Under the pieces are notes generated by a model. That model saw nothing but the letters and a program-made list of their open reading frames with translations, had not been told where the DNA came from and searched no databases. A DNA stretch of 59,269 nucleotides from a virus (lineage: Duplodnaviria; Caudoviricetes), in the IMG/VR virus record IMGVR_UViG_3300023174_002791, positions 1 through 59,269 of that record. One strand, written 5' to 3'. Position numbers and translations under genes: made by a program. Shown in pieces: positions 17,024-26,523 of this stretch (position 1 is the first letter of the stretch; each line of letters starts with the position of its first letter).

Positions 17024-18645
17024 TATTGTTTCCTCAATGAAGACAATTTGTGTCCGACAATTGTGTCGGTAGGTTTGTCCTCTTTATAAATTCTTATTAA
17101 TGCAGCAGGTTCTTCAACAGTAGCATTAATTTTAAAATCAGTACCAGGGATATTCAATACACCATCACGCTTGATGCTTGTTATCTTTCCTCTCGCTGTA
17201 CCACCAGAAGAACTCCAAGCAACCATATCGCCAACCTTGAGAGATGATTCTTTTGCAACAGATTCATCAGGGAGGTCTACTAATACTCTTTCAGACTTAC
17301 CACCAATTGAATAACCTGAAAGTTTTCCTGCCTTAACTAATTCCCACGCCCAGTCTTTCCACTGTACGCCCATAAAAACAGTACCAGTTGGATATGAAAC
17401 ATCTACGACAGTGCCGTCTGCCTTTGTTATCGGCACTGTAACTGGATATGGCCAGGTCATTGCTTCTACCCATTCACCAGCGACAACGTTCTTATTATGC
17501 TGCAAACGAATTTGTCTGTCACCATTCTTTACATACGCCCATAATGCAGATTGGAGTTCTTCAGTGTCTGTCCATTCACCGTGAGCATCTTGCTGGTCTG
17601 GGATATACCAAGGACCGAGTGTAAATTTCTTTTCATCGGCTTTATACACAGTAGTTATTTCACCGTGAGATTTTGCCAAATCATACTGTCGCCAGATTTT
17701 GTCTACCCAAGTCTTCGCTGCTTCCCCACCCCAAGCAGCGTATGCAACCCGACCAGGTGACGGAAACCCAGCCTCTCCAGGACTGTATCCTTCGGCTTGC
17801 GAATCATTTCCGTGACGCGCAAGAAAAGATTTCATACGTGCGATGGTGTCGCGTGAGATTCCTTCACCACTTGCTAATTGAGCAGCACGTGTGCGCCCTA
17901 CGCTAGTGAAGTTGCTACCTGCGTGACCATCTTTAATCCATTGCAAAGCACGCTTGGCTTCTTCTTGAACGGCTTTAGGTGGTACGAAAGTGTCAGGCGT
18001 TGCTGTTTCTTTAGCAAGCACCTCTGTTATTAAATCTTTTATACGGGTGAGTACAGATTTTTCTGTATCAGAGGCTGCAACAATTTCTTTGGGTCTAACG
18101 ACCATCATATATCCGCCGATGTCGAGCATCTGTAGAACATCTGCAAACTTATAACCTTCATCAATACCTGTCTGGATGATTTGTTTTACAGGAGTCATAG
18201 CAGGACTATCTGACTTCTGAAGTGTTTCTAATTCAGTCGTTACATAATCTATTAATAAAGGCTCACTCCACTTACCGCAGGAACAATCTATGTTTGCACC
18301 CTTACGAATTGCTTCATCCATAATGTTATGGTGAATGAACAATTGTGAACCAGTAGGAGTATCAGTAATTTCGTGCAACTTACTATGTTGCTTTATAAGT
18401 GTTTCTACGCTGGAGTTTTTAATTAGGTCAGGCTTCTTGATTCTGACTCTAGGCATTGCAGTATCTACGTGAACGTCAGTCGAAGTAGGGTTTTCTTTAG
18501 TTGCATCTGGAACGTTGGCATACAAGGCACGTTGATGAGCCACAGCATCTTTTTGATTAGCGTGGCAACTTACAGTTTTACCTTTATCGTCTACAACAGC
18601 AAAGCCTTTGCAGTCTACGGCTGTCGTTTCAATTGTGTATGGCAT
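17023..18645 (-). CDS. Multidomain prohead protease (XkdF-like)
   Basis: Y.PD..D.HGEW, L.H, W..VK.G...GYSIGG; extra N-terminal, central and C-terminal (VGD.V.W.SSGG) domains. Confidence 0.75.
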   Translation of the reverse strand: MPYTIETTAVDCKGFAVVDDKGKTVSCHANQKDAVAHQRALYANVPDATKENPTSTDVHVDTAMPRVRIKKPDLIKNSSVETLIKQHSKLHEITDTPTGSQLFIHHNIMDEAIRKGANIDCSCGKWSEPLLIDYVTTELETLQKSDSPAMTPVKQIIQTGIDEGYKFADVLQMLDIGGYMMVVRPKEIVAASDTEKSVLTRIKDLITEVLAKETATPDTFVPPKAVQEEAKRALQWIKDGHAGSNFTSVGRTRAAQLASGEGISRDTIARMKSFLARHGNDSQAEGYSPGEAGFPSPGRVAYAAWGGEAAKTWVDKIWRQYDLAKSHGEITTVYKADEKKFTLGPWYIPDQQDAHGEWTDTEELQSALWAYVKNGDRQIRLQHNKNVVAGEWVEAMTWPYPVTVPITKADGTVVDVSYPTGTVFMGVQWKDWAWELVKAGKLSGYSIGGKSERVLVDLPDESVAKESSLKVGDMVAWSSSGGTARGKITSIKRDGVLNIPGTDFKINATVEEPAALIRIYKEDKPTDTIVGHKLSSLRKQ

Positions 18646-18668
18646 AGGTCTATTCTTTCACACTACGT

Positions 18669-19586
18669 TTAATTTACTACGCCAGTTGGCATAAAGTTTT
18701 GTGCAAGTCTTGAATCAGGCTCTAACAACGAGATTGAACAACGGCATTGTATGTGCGCTGGAGGATTGAAGACACCGTTCGGATATGACTGATTCCACTG
18801 TACTGACATACCGTTCATAGGCATACAGATGGAACAAGTACGCTCATCGGTAGAAGTGCTCCATCGTTTTACAGACATTGGATGCGCCCATCCCTGTTCT
18901 ACCATCTGCTCAAAACCAAGAAAACGACCTTTGTTCTCAGCAACTAGAATTTCATTACGTGCAATTACCTTGCTGCGCTGAGATATAAGACGTTTGTACT
19001 TCTGAGTTATTAATTCATCCAACCTTTTTTCTAACTTACGACCTGACAAACCTTCAGCACTTAATCTTGCTCTGTTTAGTTCAGCAAACTTGGTCAACGT
19101 TACTTCTTGCCTTTCGGTCAAGTTAATAACAGAACGTAACTCTTTTGCTGTATCCCATACGTTGATTCTTTGTTCAAAGGCTCTACCAATAACTGTACGA
19201 ACATTGGCTTGCATCTGCACCGTCATATTAGTTACAAGCGTGGCTGATTGCTGTTGAGCATATTGCAACGTACGTGGGTCTGTGTAATCAAACCTGCCCT
19301 GAAATCCTACCTTCGGAAAACCATCACCAATTCTTTTGCGGGTCACACGGTTAAACGCTGTAACAGTTTGATTCAAAATGCTTGCTGTTTCATCCCACGG
19401 TAAAGCATCAATTACATTCTCTATGTTGCCTGAAGCAATTGCAGACTGAACACCGTTAGAAACAGCGGCTACTTCTAAACCATTGGTCGCTTGATTGATT
19501 GTTGCAGCAACGTCGCGTTCATCTGGATTTAAAGGGGGCTGAGTATTGTCACCAGAGTTATCTCTAGCCTTGATAACTAGCGGCAT
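18669..19586 (-). CDS. Mu gpF-like minor head protein
   Basis: IAR.E, K.W....D.RTC..C, PPAH..CRC. Confidence 0.85.
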   Translation of the reverse strand: MPLVIKARDNSGDNTQPPLNPDERDVAATINQATNGLEVAAVSNGVQSAIASGNIENVIDALPWDETASILNQTVTAFNRVTRKRIGDGFPKVGFQGRFDYTDPRTLQYAQQQSATLVTNMTVQMQANVRTVIGRAFEQRINVWDTAKELRSVINLTERQEVTLTKFAELNRARLSAEGLSGRKLEKRLDELITQKYKRLISQRSKVIARNEILVAENKGRFLGFEQMVEQGWAHPMSVKRWSTSTDERTCSICMPMNGMSVQWNQSYPNGVFNPPAHIQCRCSISLLEPDSRLAQNFMPTGVVN

Positions 19587-20858
19587 TTATTCGACCAAGT
19601 TCTCCGCTGGAGGCAGCGATGCCTGTTCACGAAGATAAGCCTCTAACTTGTCATCAGGAGTTAATGCACCAGCACCAATTAACTTCTGTACGTAATCACC
19701 AAGAGCCTGTAGGTCAACTGAAGACACTTCACCGTAAGTTAGGTAAGGACATAGTTCAGTATTCATACCGTTCAATTTTAGTAAACGTGGGATAGCGTAT
19801 TGGTTAAACACTTCAGCGATAGATTTAGCAATTGCTTCAACGCTCATAGTCCACAAATCCATCTTCTGTGAACCTAATGCAAACGAGCCTACTTGTTCGT
19901 GACCAAGAAGGATGAAGTCAGATAGAACCGACATCGAAATACGCTGGTCATAACGTCCAATGATTTTGTCAGTATCAAATTGACGTGAGCCGCCAGAAGA
20001 CAACAACTCTAATGAGAACATCTCATTGTTGTTTTCATCGTACATCTTAGGAAAGATAATTCCTTCTTGCTCATTACGCTTAATGTTCTGAACAATCTTT
20101 GTAATTTCGGCAAGAACAGATTGCTGTTCTGCGGTAGCACCACTTGATAAATACTCAGGCGGAACTTTTGCAACAGGAAGTCCGGCAAGGTCTCGCTCAA
20201 TACCAATTGCTTCTATTTCTTCAATACGTCGCTTGTAATACCAAGGACGGAAACAGTTACGGAGTAGTGAACGACCTTCTGGATTGTTTTTGTTTACTGT
20301 TGTACGGAATAACAAACCTTTATCAATAGGGATTTCTCTGAACCCACCACCTGTCGGGTCCATCTGGCGGAATCCTTGGATACCACCCTCTACGTCTATC
20401 ATCCAATTGTTCAAAGTTTCTTGAGAACGAATTGGGAATTTACGCCAACCAATCTTTCCGTCAGTGTGTTTTGATTTACGCTGAGGGTCTTCAACATCTC
20501 CACCGCGAACTTTGTAAACAATTTCGTGGAAAGAAAAACCATATACAAGCATTGAAAGAATTGAGGCTAGTGTCTGGTCAAATGAGTCAGACATATCTTC
20601 AAAACACTCATCAATAAACTTTGCAACTTCTTCTGCTTCTGGAGTTTGTTCCAATGGGTCTACACGCCAATCAAGACGGAGAACAACCTTTTCAATAGCA
20701 TAAAGAATCGAACCAATTACTGGGTCATTGTCTGCCATCTCACGATAAACAAGGAGACCACGGCGACCACGAAGTTGATTAAGAAATTCTTCTGTGATGA
20801 AACCACCACTACGACGTAGACCAGTGGTACCTAATTCATTTAAGTCAGGTTTCGCCAT
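19587..20858 (-). CDS. Portal protein (DUF935/Mu gp29-like)
   Basis: YREM..D, YGFS..EIVY, NPEG.SLLR, GS.ALG. Confidence 0.85.
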   Translation of the reverse strand: MAKPDLNELGTTGLRRSGGFITEEFLNQLRGRRGLLVYREMADNDPVIGSILYAIEKVVLRLDWRVDPLEQTPEAEEVAKFIDECFEDMSDSFDQTLASILSMLVYGFSFHEIVYKVRGGDVEDPQRKSKHTDGKIGWRKFPIRSQETLNNWMIDVEGGIQGFRQMDPTGGGFREIPIDKGLLFRTTVNKNNPEGRSLLRNCFRPWYYKRRIEEIEAIGIERDLAGLPVAKVPPEYLSSGATAEQQSVLAEITKIVQNIKRNEQEGIIFPKMYDENNNEMFSLELLSSGGSRQFDTDKIIGRYDQRISMSVLSDFILLGHEQVGSFALGSQKMDLWTMSVEAIAKSIAEVFNQYAIPRLLKLNGMNTELCPYLTYGEVSSVDLQALGDYVQKLIGAGALTPDDKLEAYLREQASLPPAENLVE

Positions 20859-20867
20859 TTGATAATC

Positions 20868-21017
20868 CTAGTCGTTTAATTTTGACATCTTAGAGATTAA
20901 GGATAGTGCCTCTTCAGACGAAAATCCCCCCTCAAGCAACGAGCGATAGATTTCATTTAACCTAACTGCCGCTACTAGCAAGGGAGTCAATCCGTCTGAC
21001 GTTGATACTTCCTCCAT
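20868..21017 (-). CDS. Small hypothetical protein (49 aa)
   Basis: Hand-called; L.E.Y..L..GGF...EAL.LI pattern seen in actinophage proteins. Confidence 0.55.
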   Translation of the reverse strand: MEEVSTSDGLTPLLVAAVRLNEIYRSLLEGGFSSEEALSLISKMSKLND

Positions 21018-21034
21018 ATTACGAAATGATAACA

Positions 21035-21340
21035 TCACTTAGCGCTCAGTTTGTCTAACAACATAGATACTGCTCTAGTGAATTTGTACGGCTCGATATT
21101 TTTCTGTTTTTGTGTGATACGTCTTTCTTTCTCTGTTGTCGCTCCCCATATACCTTCTACGTCTGTACCTAGAGCGTAAGCGGCACAACCATCTATTACA
21201 GGACAGGTGTGACAAAGTTTTTTTGCAATCTCGGTTATCTTTACAAATTGATTATTTCTTTCTGGGAACCACAGTTCAGGGTCGCTAGTAGCGCAAGGCT
21301 CAAAGCCCGTTACGTCTGGATACCGTGGCGGAGTAATCAA
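21035..21340 (-). CDS. whiB: WhiB family transcription factor
   Basis: C...DPELWFP, AK.LC..CP....C, GIWG..TE.ER. Confidence 0.9.
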   Translation of the reverse strand: MITPPRYPDVTGFEPCATSDPELWFPERNNQFVKITEIAKKLCHTCPVIDGCAAYALGTDVEGIWGATTEKERRITQKQKNIEPYKFTRAVSMLLDKLSAK

Positions 21341-21370
21341 TTACAAATGTTTTAACGAACAATTGATAAC

Positions 21371-21640
21371 TTATAAATCGTCATCATTATAGTTCGTTGT
21401 CCGTTCTCTGAAATGGTCGGCGGCTTTTATATCTTGAGCGTGCTGAAGCATCCCATTGATTCTCCAAACGGGCAAATCGGGTTCAGAGTGTGTAGAGAAC
21501 CAAACGTCTCCTTCACTGTCCATCCATTCGCTGACTAGAACCCAAGACGTACACATTGCACCTTCTTTGTCGAGAAGGGTTGCAAGACCGTGAATAGCAT
21601 TATTTACGGCGTCTAATTTTGCTTCGCTTTCGTTGTCCAT
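21371..21640 (-). CDS. Hypothetical protein
   Basis: ORF with SD; WVLV.EW...G, P.WR..GML. Confidence 0.6.
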   Translation of the reverse strand: MDNESEAKLDAVNNAIHGLATLLDKEGAMCTSWVLVSEWMDSEGDVWFSTHSEPDLPVWRINGMLQHAQDIKAADHFRERTTNYNDDDL

Positions 21641-21676
21641 ACAACCCCTCTCGATAACAGAAGGGTAACTTAAATC

Positions 21677-21787
21677 TTACAGTTTCGGTTTTTTATAGCG
21701 CTTATCTAGAATGTCGCAAACCGTACACTCCTGATTATCGTAAATCCATTCACCACATTTACATCTATAGATTTTTGAATCAGCCAT
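21677..21787 (-). CDS. 36-aa Cys-rich micro-protein
   Basis: Hand-called; CKC...CTVC. Confidence 0.5.
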   Translation of the reverse strand: MADSKIYRCKCGEWIYDNQECTVCDILDKRYKKPKL

Positions 21788-22040
21788 TTTGAGGTGTAAG
21801 AGTTTCTGCGAGCGCGTGCATAATGCCTACAATAACAGGCTGTAGTTCTTGTTCAGGTACAGATGCAGCAAGGAATTTAATATGTTTAACAAGACATCTC
21901 ATCGCTGCTTCGGCTTCTTCAATATAACTTATTTGTATGGTGGGTGCTAAATCATCAAATGCAGGTAAGCCATCTTTCTGATTTCCAGCGTATTCGTAAA
22001 TCGCTCTTGCAACATCGTGAGTAATAAACGGGATAGACAT
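21780..22040 (-). CDS. Hypothetical protein
   Basis: ORF; TAAAAT 6 nt upstream (leaderless). Confidence 0.6.
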   Translation of the reverse strand: MSIPFITHDVARAIYEYAGNQKDGLPAFDDLAPTIQISYIEEAEAAMRCLVKHIKFLAASVPEQELQPVIVGIMHALAETLTPQNG

Positions 22041-22052
22041 AGTTTTATTTTA

Positions 22053-22090
22053 CAACCACGGAGGGCAGATTGCTCTGCCCCCCTACGGTT
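22053..22090 (-). terminator. Stem-loop, probable terminator/processing site
   Basis: GGGCAGA-GCAA-TCTGCCC with extended outer stem; weak U tail. Confidence 0.5.
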
Positions 22091-22099
22091 GCGTCTTGA

Positions 22100-22537
22100 T
22101 TAATCACCAGAACTCACAGACCAATAGATTTCTCTGCTCCCTGAGTCATTCGCTTTAGTTTCGTACGCCATAAGCATCTGAAGTTGTTCATCACTTACTC
22201 CGTACGTGTTCCCAGATTTTGTTGTTTTGATACTGGTAAAGGCAACATTACCGAGCATATCAATTGTCGGAATGGGGAAGTGATTGTCTCTGACAATTGC
22301 AGTAGCGTGAGCGTTGAATGGCAAGCCTTCAACAATTACGCCTTCTGAGTTAGTGTGGTTAAGCAAACGGGCTTCTTCATTACCCCACATAACCAAACCA
22401 AACTTTTCTAAGTAAACAGGTTCGATATAACCACCAACAATTCCCTGAAATAACTTTAGCCAAGAGTTGGAATCAAACGTTCCTGTTTCTTTTGTGCCGT
22501 CCGCTTTAAACGTGACGTATGTTTGTGGGAGCATCAA
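22100..22537 (-). CDS. DUF3846-like protein
   Basis: Q..VGGYIE.V, NEE, LP.N..AT, G.V.F. Confidence 0.7.
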   Translation of the reverse strand: MMLPQTYVTFKADGTKETGTFDSNSWLKLFQGIVGGYIEPVYLEKFGLVMWGNEEARLLNHTNSEGVIVEGLPFNAHATAIVRDNHFPIPTIDMLGNVAFTSIKTTKSGNTYGVSDEQLQMLMAYETKANDSGSREIYWSVSSGD

Positions 22538-22716
22538 AGACCTGCTCTCACCATTGCGGATGGAATGACTTCTGCCTGAATAGCAAAGTCACCAGCACTT
22601 ACAGATTTATTTAGTAAGTCATCACGCAGTAAGTCGAGAGCCTTTTCAATAGCACTCTCGCTATCTTTACCTTCAACGCGATAGGTAAGGGTTACATTCA
22701 CAGCATAAACACCCAT
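22534..22716 (-). CDS. Hypothetical protein
   Basis: Coupled ORF. Confidence 0.55.
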   Translation of the reverse strand: MGVYAVNVTLTYRVEGKDSESAIEKALDLLRDDLLNKSVSAGDFAIQAEVIPSAMVRAGL

Positions 22717-23015
22717 TACGCCACCACCTCTGGATAAGCACGACGCAGTGAGTCAGCAAAGTTGCGTACCCAATTTAGGAAGTGCTCTCCCTCAAACGGT
22801 GAATCAGATGAACAAACAAGGCTGGTCACTTTACGAACAGCATCTTGCTCTGACTCGGCTTCAACCCAACCAGTACGAGCAACAGTTGCTGAACCTTGAG
22901 CAGCCATAACGTCACCAAACGTCAATTTGTACTTGAAGTTGTTCGGACGGTTCGAGAACTTTTTGACAGATACATAGCCAACCAGTTCATCTTCGTTGAG
23001 AAGTTTTACCTTCAC
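22716..23015 (-). CDS. Hypothetical protein
   Basis: Coupled ORF. Confidence 0.55.
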   Translation of the reverse strand: MKVKLLNEDELVGYVSVKKFSNRPNNFKYKLTFGDVMAAQGSATVARTGWVEAESEQDAVRKVTSLVCSSDSPFEGEHFLNWVRNFADSLRRAYPEVVA

Positions 23016-23260
23016 GCGGTCACCTCATTACTTGAAAAGGTGAAACGGTTGTCAATTTGCCAACCGTGTTGGATAAGTGTTACGGCAATGACATTTATCA
23101 TTTCATTGTCTATGTGCTCGCCAGCAGGGTCTTTGATAAGAAGTGTTGCTCGCGCATCATCTCTTACCATTTCTCTGACCTTGTCAGACATCAGGGAAAA
23201 TGTCTCTAAGGCATCAACTGAATCAAGCATTTTTACGTGCTCTGTATTTTGTGCAGTCAT
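23012..23260 (-). CDS. Hypothetical protein
   Basis: ORF with AGAGAGGAG SD downstream of a promoter. Confidence 0.55.
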   Translation of the reverse strand: MTAQNTEHVKMLDSVDALETFSLMSDKVREMVRDDARATLLIKDPAGEHIDNEMINVIAVTLIQHGWQIDNRFTFSSNEVTA

Positions 23261-23295
23261 CTCGGTAGTGCTCCTCTCTAGTGAGTGACTTGGTC

Positions 23296-23325
23296 ATCCT
23301 ATCCCTAACGGGGGGTAGGTGTAAA
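23296..23325 (-). promoter_or_regulatory. Early promoter with TAAC-N4-GTTA-like box in the spacer
   Basis: TTTACA-N18-TAGGAT; box at 23306-23317. Confidence 0.6.
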
Positions 23326-23480
23326 GCCAACAGGTCTCTGTGTGTTGCGTGAGGCGTTTTTGGGGCTTAAAGCGCGTTTAACAGGGTTCGCCCCTTCGGG
23401 CTAGGTAAAGATATTACCCAAAGGGCAAAACGGTCTCTATGAGGCTTCTGAGCCTTCATACTCCGTTTCTGGATACTGAC

Positions 23481-23918
23481 CTAAAAAGGGAAATCCTGCG
23501 CTGGTTCGCTCAGAGGCTTTGACCAAGGGTCTTCGCTGGCAGGGGTCGGTGAAGATGAACGGGTTACGTTGCTCTTTTGAATTTTCACAGGCGCTCGCCC
23601 TAGTTCTACAGCAAACTTCTGGGCTGTTACTTCTACAGTCGTACGCTTCTGTCCATCACGTCCTTCCCAAGAACGTTCAGCAGCGGTGCCTACAATAATT
23701 ACAGAGTCGCCCTTCTGAACAGAATCGGCTACGTGCTCAGCAGCCCTGTCCCAAACGGTAACTTTCCAAAACGTTGTATCTGATTCTTCCCAGACACCAT
23801 TGACGTTCTTCTTTTTGCTAGTTACAACATTTACGGTACACAGTGCTTTGCCAGACGGCAAAAACTTTAGTTCAGGGTCTTGCGTCAAGTTACCTATCAA
23901 CGTGATTTGTGCGGACAT
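23481..23918 (-). CDS. ssb: Single-stranded DNA-binding protein
   Basis: IT.IGNLT.DPEL.F...G, W...AE.VA.S..KG, DPW and acidic PF tail. Confidence 0.92.
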   Translation of the reverse strand: MSAQITLIGNLTQDPELKFLPSGKALCTVNVVTSKKKNVNGVWEESDTTFWKVTVWDRAAEHVADSVQKGDSVIIVGTAAERSWEGRDGQKRTTVEVTAQKFAVELGRAPVKIQKSNVTRSSSPTPASEDPWSKPLSEPAQDFPF

Positions 23919-24175
23919 TATTTTTTCTCCTTTTGGGTGTATGTGGATTTTTCTACTACGTGACCATTACGCCAGACTAAGCCACCTGCTACGCCGTCAA
24001 ACGCGGTACTTTTTGGTTTGTTTGTCAGCACTTCTTCTTTACATAGTTCAGTAATCGGACAGACGCGGCAGAAAGTAAGTGCTGGTCTGGCTTCATCCCA
24101 AGTTACGGCATCAAAGAGAAAAGGATTTTCATTAGCGCAAGCGGCTTCTGTTAAAGGTCTACCAATTACGCCCAC
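23918..24175 (-). CDS. Second, divergent WhiB-like protein
   Basis: AAC...P.LF, C..CP....C, GVAGG. Confidence 0.7.
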   Translation of the reverse strand: MGVIGRPLTEAACANENPFLFDAVTWDEARPALTFCRVCPITELCKEEVLTNKPKSTAFDGVAGGLVWRNGHVVEKSTYTQKEKK

Positions 24176-24201
24176 AATTATCCTTTCTGACTGTATCTAC
24201 T

Positions 24202-24318
24202 TTAGCGGTTGCCACTGACATTTGTTTTGATTGAACGTGAATAGGTTTCAACGAAGTTACGCCATTGCTTTAGCGACTTCATTTGTTTCCTATGCTCTTT
24301 GAATTTTCTAATCAACAT
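24202..24318 (-). CDS. 38-aa basic hypothetical peptide
   Basis: Hand-called; TAATG coupling. Confidence 0.4.
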   Translation of the reverse strand: MLIRKFKEHRKQMKSLKQWRNFVETYSRSIKTNVSGNR

Positions 24319-24785
24319 TAGTACCAACCTCCAATCTGATTTCCGCCAGCCTGACGTAGCCAGAACGCCCAAGCATTGCACGGGTTGTCATAACGGTGGA
24401 CGATGTAATCAAGCCCTCGGATAATCTGCTCTTTCGGAGGTGTTGCAATATCAAGTCCTAAGATTTGTGGGATACCGCCAGCGTAGACGATTTCACCATC
24501 AACCTTGATAGGGATTTTGGATTTTGATTTATGTCGCCAGTTGCTCTCTTTAGTCCACAACTGGTCAAGGCAAGAAAATTGTTTTACGTTCCAACCATAG
24601 TCATCTATTAATGAACGAGCATAGTTTCTGGAATCGTCAGGAAGCCAAGGGGCTTCAACTACAACTACAGGGAGCGGTTCTTCTGCGCTCGCCTTTGGTT
24701 CTTTTAGTGTTATCTGGATTCCTACGAACAGAAGCCAAACAACTAGATTTACTAATACAAACTCTCCACGTGGGGTTAAACGCAT
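24318..24785 (-). CDS. Membrane-anchored lysozyme-fold/transglycosylase-like protein
   Basis: N-terminal TM; CL..LW..ES.W, GIPQ, QI..GL.YI..RY..PC.AW...WY. Confidence 0.75.
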   Translation of the reverse strand: MRLTPRGEFVLVNLVVWLLFVGIQITLKEPKASAEEPLPVVVVEAPWLPDDSRNYARSLIDDYGWNVKQFSCLDQLWTKESNWRHKSKSKIPIKVDGEIVYAGGIPQILGLDIATPPKEQIIRGLDYIVHRYDNPCNAWAFWLRQAGGNQIGGWY

Positions 24786-24866
24786 ACGTTTACCTTTCGT
24801 TAGTGATAACTCCCTTAACGGGGGTTATTCTTAGACTGCCATAGATAAAGTTGAATTACAATCCTT

Positions 24867-25379
24867 TCAAACATTTGATTTCTGGGAATATGAAGCAACG
24901 ATTGGCGGTGACCAAGTATCGCTGGGGTAATCACGGACAGCAACAGTTGTTGAGCCATCTGGATATTGAGTCACTAACACTTCCTTACCAAGCACCTGAA
25001 AAACGGACGACGTTATCGTCTTTGCTTTAGGTTGTTTGTTTTTGGGAGTCTCAGTGGGGCGGAAAAAAACCCAATCAGGTGAGACATAGATTTTGCACCT
25101 ATCTCTGGTAGCGGATAACCGCTCTATCTTTCCTGATAAGTGTAACACGCTAAGAACACCACTAGCCGTACCGTGATGGACATTCAGACGTTCTGAAATA
25201 TCTTTCCACGTAACGCCATCTGCTTCAGCGTGATTAATAATGGCTAATACAGAGGATTGCAGTTGTGCAGTCTTCCCTGATTTATCCATTGTGCGAGCGC
25301 GTACAGCAGAAGTTTCACTACCGCTATGACCTGACGTTCCTGCATAGGGCAGAAACAATTCATCTCTCTGGTTGCTCAT
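24867..25379 (-). CDS. Winged-HTH DNA-binding protein
   Basis: G.TW..I...L..HHG.ASG.LS.LH..G.I.RL. Confidence 0.65.
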   Translation of the reverse strand: MSNQRDELFLPYAGTSGHSGSETSAVRARTMDKSGKTAQLQSSVLAIINHAEADGVTWKDISERLNVHHGTASGVLSVLHLSGKIERLSATRDRCKIYVSPDWVFFRPTETPKNKQPKAKTITSSVFQVLGKEVLVTQYPDGSTTVAVRDYPSDTWSPPIVASYSQKSNV

Positions 25380-25644
25380 TTAGCACCACCTTTCACATTT
25401 AGTGTAGGTGAGGTTACCGACAATTCTACGGATTTGTAAGTGAGTGTTACAACGGTACGAAGCGCTAATTACCAGGTAAATCTGGGAGCCTGAATCGCCA
25501 GGTAACAAAAGGTTACAAAAGGTTACCTGTTAAGTGTTCCGTGTTCGCACGTGGCGGAACAACCCGCGCCCACATAGAAGGTGACACTGACGATGAAGTC
25601 AGCGAGGAAACTCTTACGTCACCCCTATTGCGAAACCTGCCTCT

Positions 25645-25809
25645 TTACGCTGAGGTAGGAATCTCTTTTACAATTTCAATGTTACCAACTTCGCCATACC
25701 ACTGTAAAGCAGAGGCAATTCCGAGATAACCATTGACATTAACGCCAACTTCGCTTGATGGGTCAGCGAAGGCATCTTTAACAACAACGCTTACATTTAC
25801 CATTGTCAT
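25645..25809 (-). CDS. Hypothetical protein (54 aa)
   Basis: Hand-called; AAGGGG SD; two operator-like boxes upstream. Confidence 0.5.
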   Translation of the reverse strand: MTMVNVSVVVKDAFADPSSEVGVNVNGYLGIASALQWYGEVGNIEIVKEIPTSA

Positions 25810-25891
25810 TTAGTTCCCCTTTCTGGGAATTACAGGATAACCCACATTAGGTTAACACCAATTGGGGTTAGGCGCGTGTCGAAAATGTTTT

Positions 25892-26050
25892 TTAGGCTAT
25901 TTTGTAGGTCGCATCAACAGATACGCTCTTTCCATATTGTTCTTCAATGATTAGTTTGGCTTTAGCCAGTGCGTCAATTTCAGTTTCTGCTCCTAGTGAT
26001 ATTGCTTCACCTTTCAAATTGACAAGCACCACATAATCTTTTTGTTCCAT
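25892..26050 (-). CDS. Hypothetical protein (52 aa)
   Basis: Hand-called; TAATG coupling. Confidence 0.5.
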   Translation of the reverse strand: MEQKDYVVLVNLKGEAISLGAETEIDALAKAKLIIEEQYGKSVSVDATYKIA

Positions 26051-26523
26051 TATTCGCTCCTTTCATACGGTCTTTGTACAGCCTTTGCAACATCCTCTTT
26101 TGTGTAACCAGCGGCTTCAATAACTTTTAAAAGTGCTGGGTCGTCACTTGAATCGGCAACCAAACGTCCTTGATGCCAAGTAAAGGGGGTGCTCTGACCT
26201 ACGGGCAGAACCCAAAGGTGATATTGATTAGCAGTATCAACCAATTGGCTTTCAGGCGGGAAGATGTCTATTGCTTCTCGCTCTGCACCAGCCAACTCAT
26301 TCTTGATTCTCTGAAGATGTCGCCAATCACGGATGGCTCTACGGTCATTGTGTTTAACAGATAACCAAATAGCCCCTGTCTCCCCTTGTTCGGGCGTCAG
26401 TAATTTCTTTTCAACTGTGTAGAACTTATTACGCCACAAAGTCGTGTTGTCATCTAGTTCTACTGGTACGCCATTACGTAGAGCGTGAGCAGGTTGAAAT
26501 TTATCCCACGTTGGTTTTGTCAT
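26050..26523 (-). CDS. Conserved phage hypothetical protein
   Basis: W..LQ.IKNEL.G...EA....P....LVD.AN.YHLW; ATGA coupling. Confidence 0.65.
   Translation of the reverse strand: MTKPTWDKFQPAHALRNGVPVELDDNTTLWRNKFYTVEKKLLTPEQGETGAIWLSVKHNDRRAIRDWRHLQRIKNELAGAEREAIDIFPPESQLVDTANQYHLWVLPVGQSTPFTWHQGRLVADSSDDPALLKVIEAAGYTKEDVAKAVQRPYERSE

Noticed and set aside
25586-25623. Hammerhead ribozyme (CTGACGA ... GAAAC ... GTC)
   Set aside because: Stems II and III cannot form; CTGAC pairs with GTCAG instead
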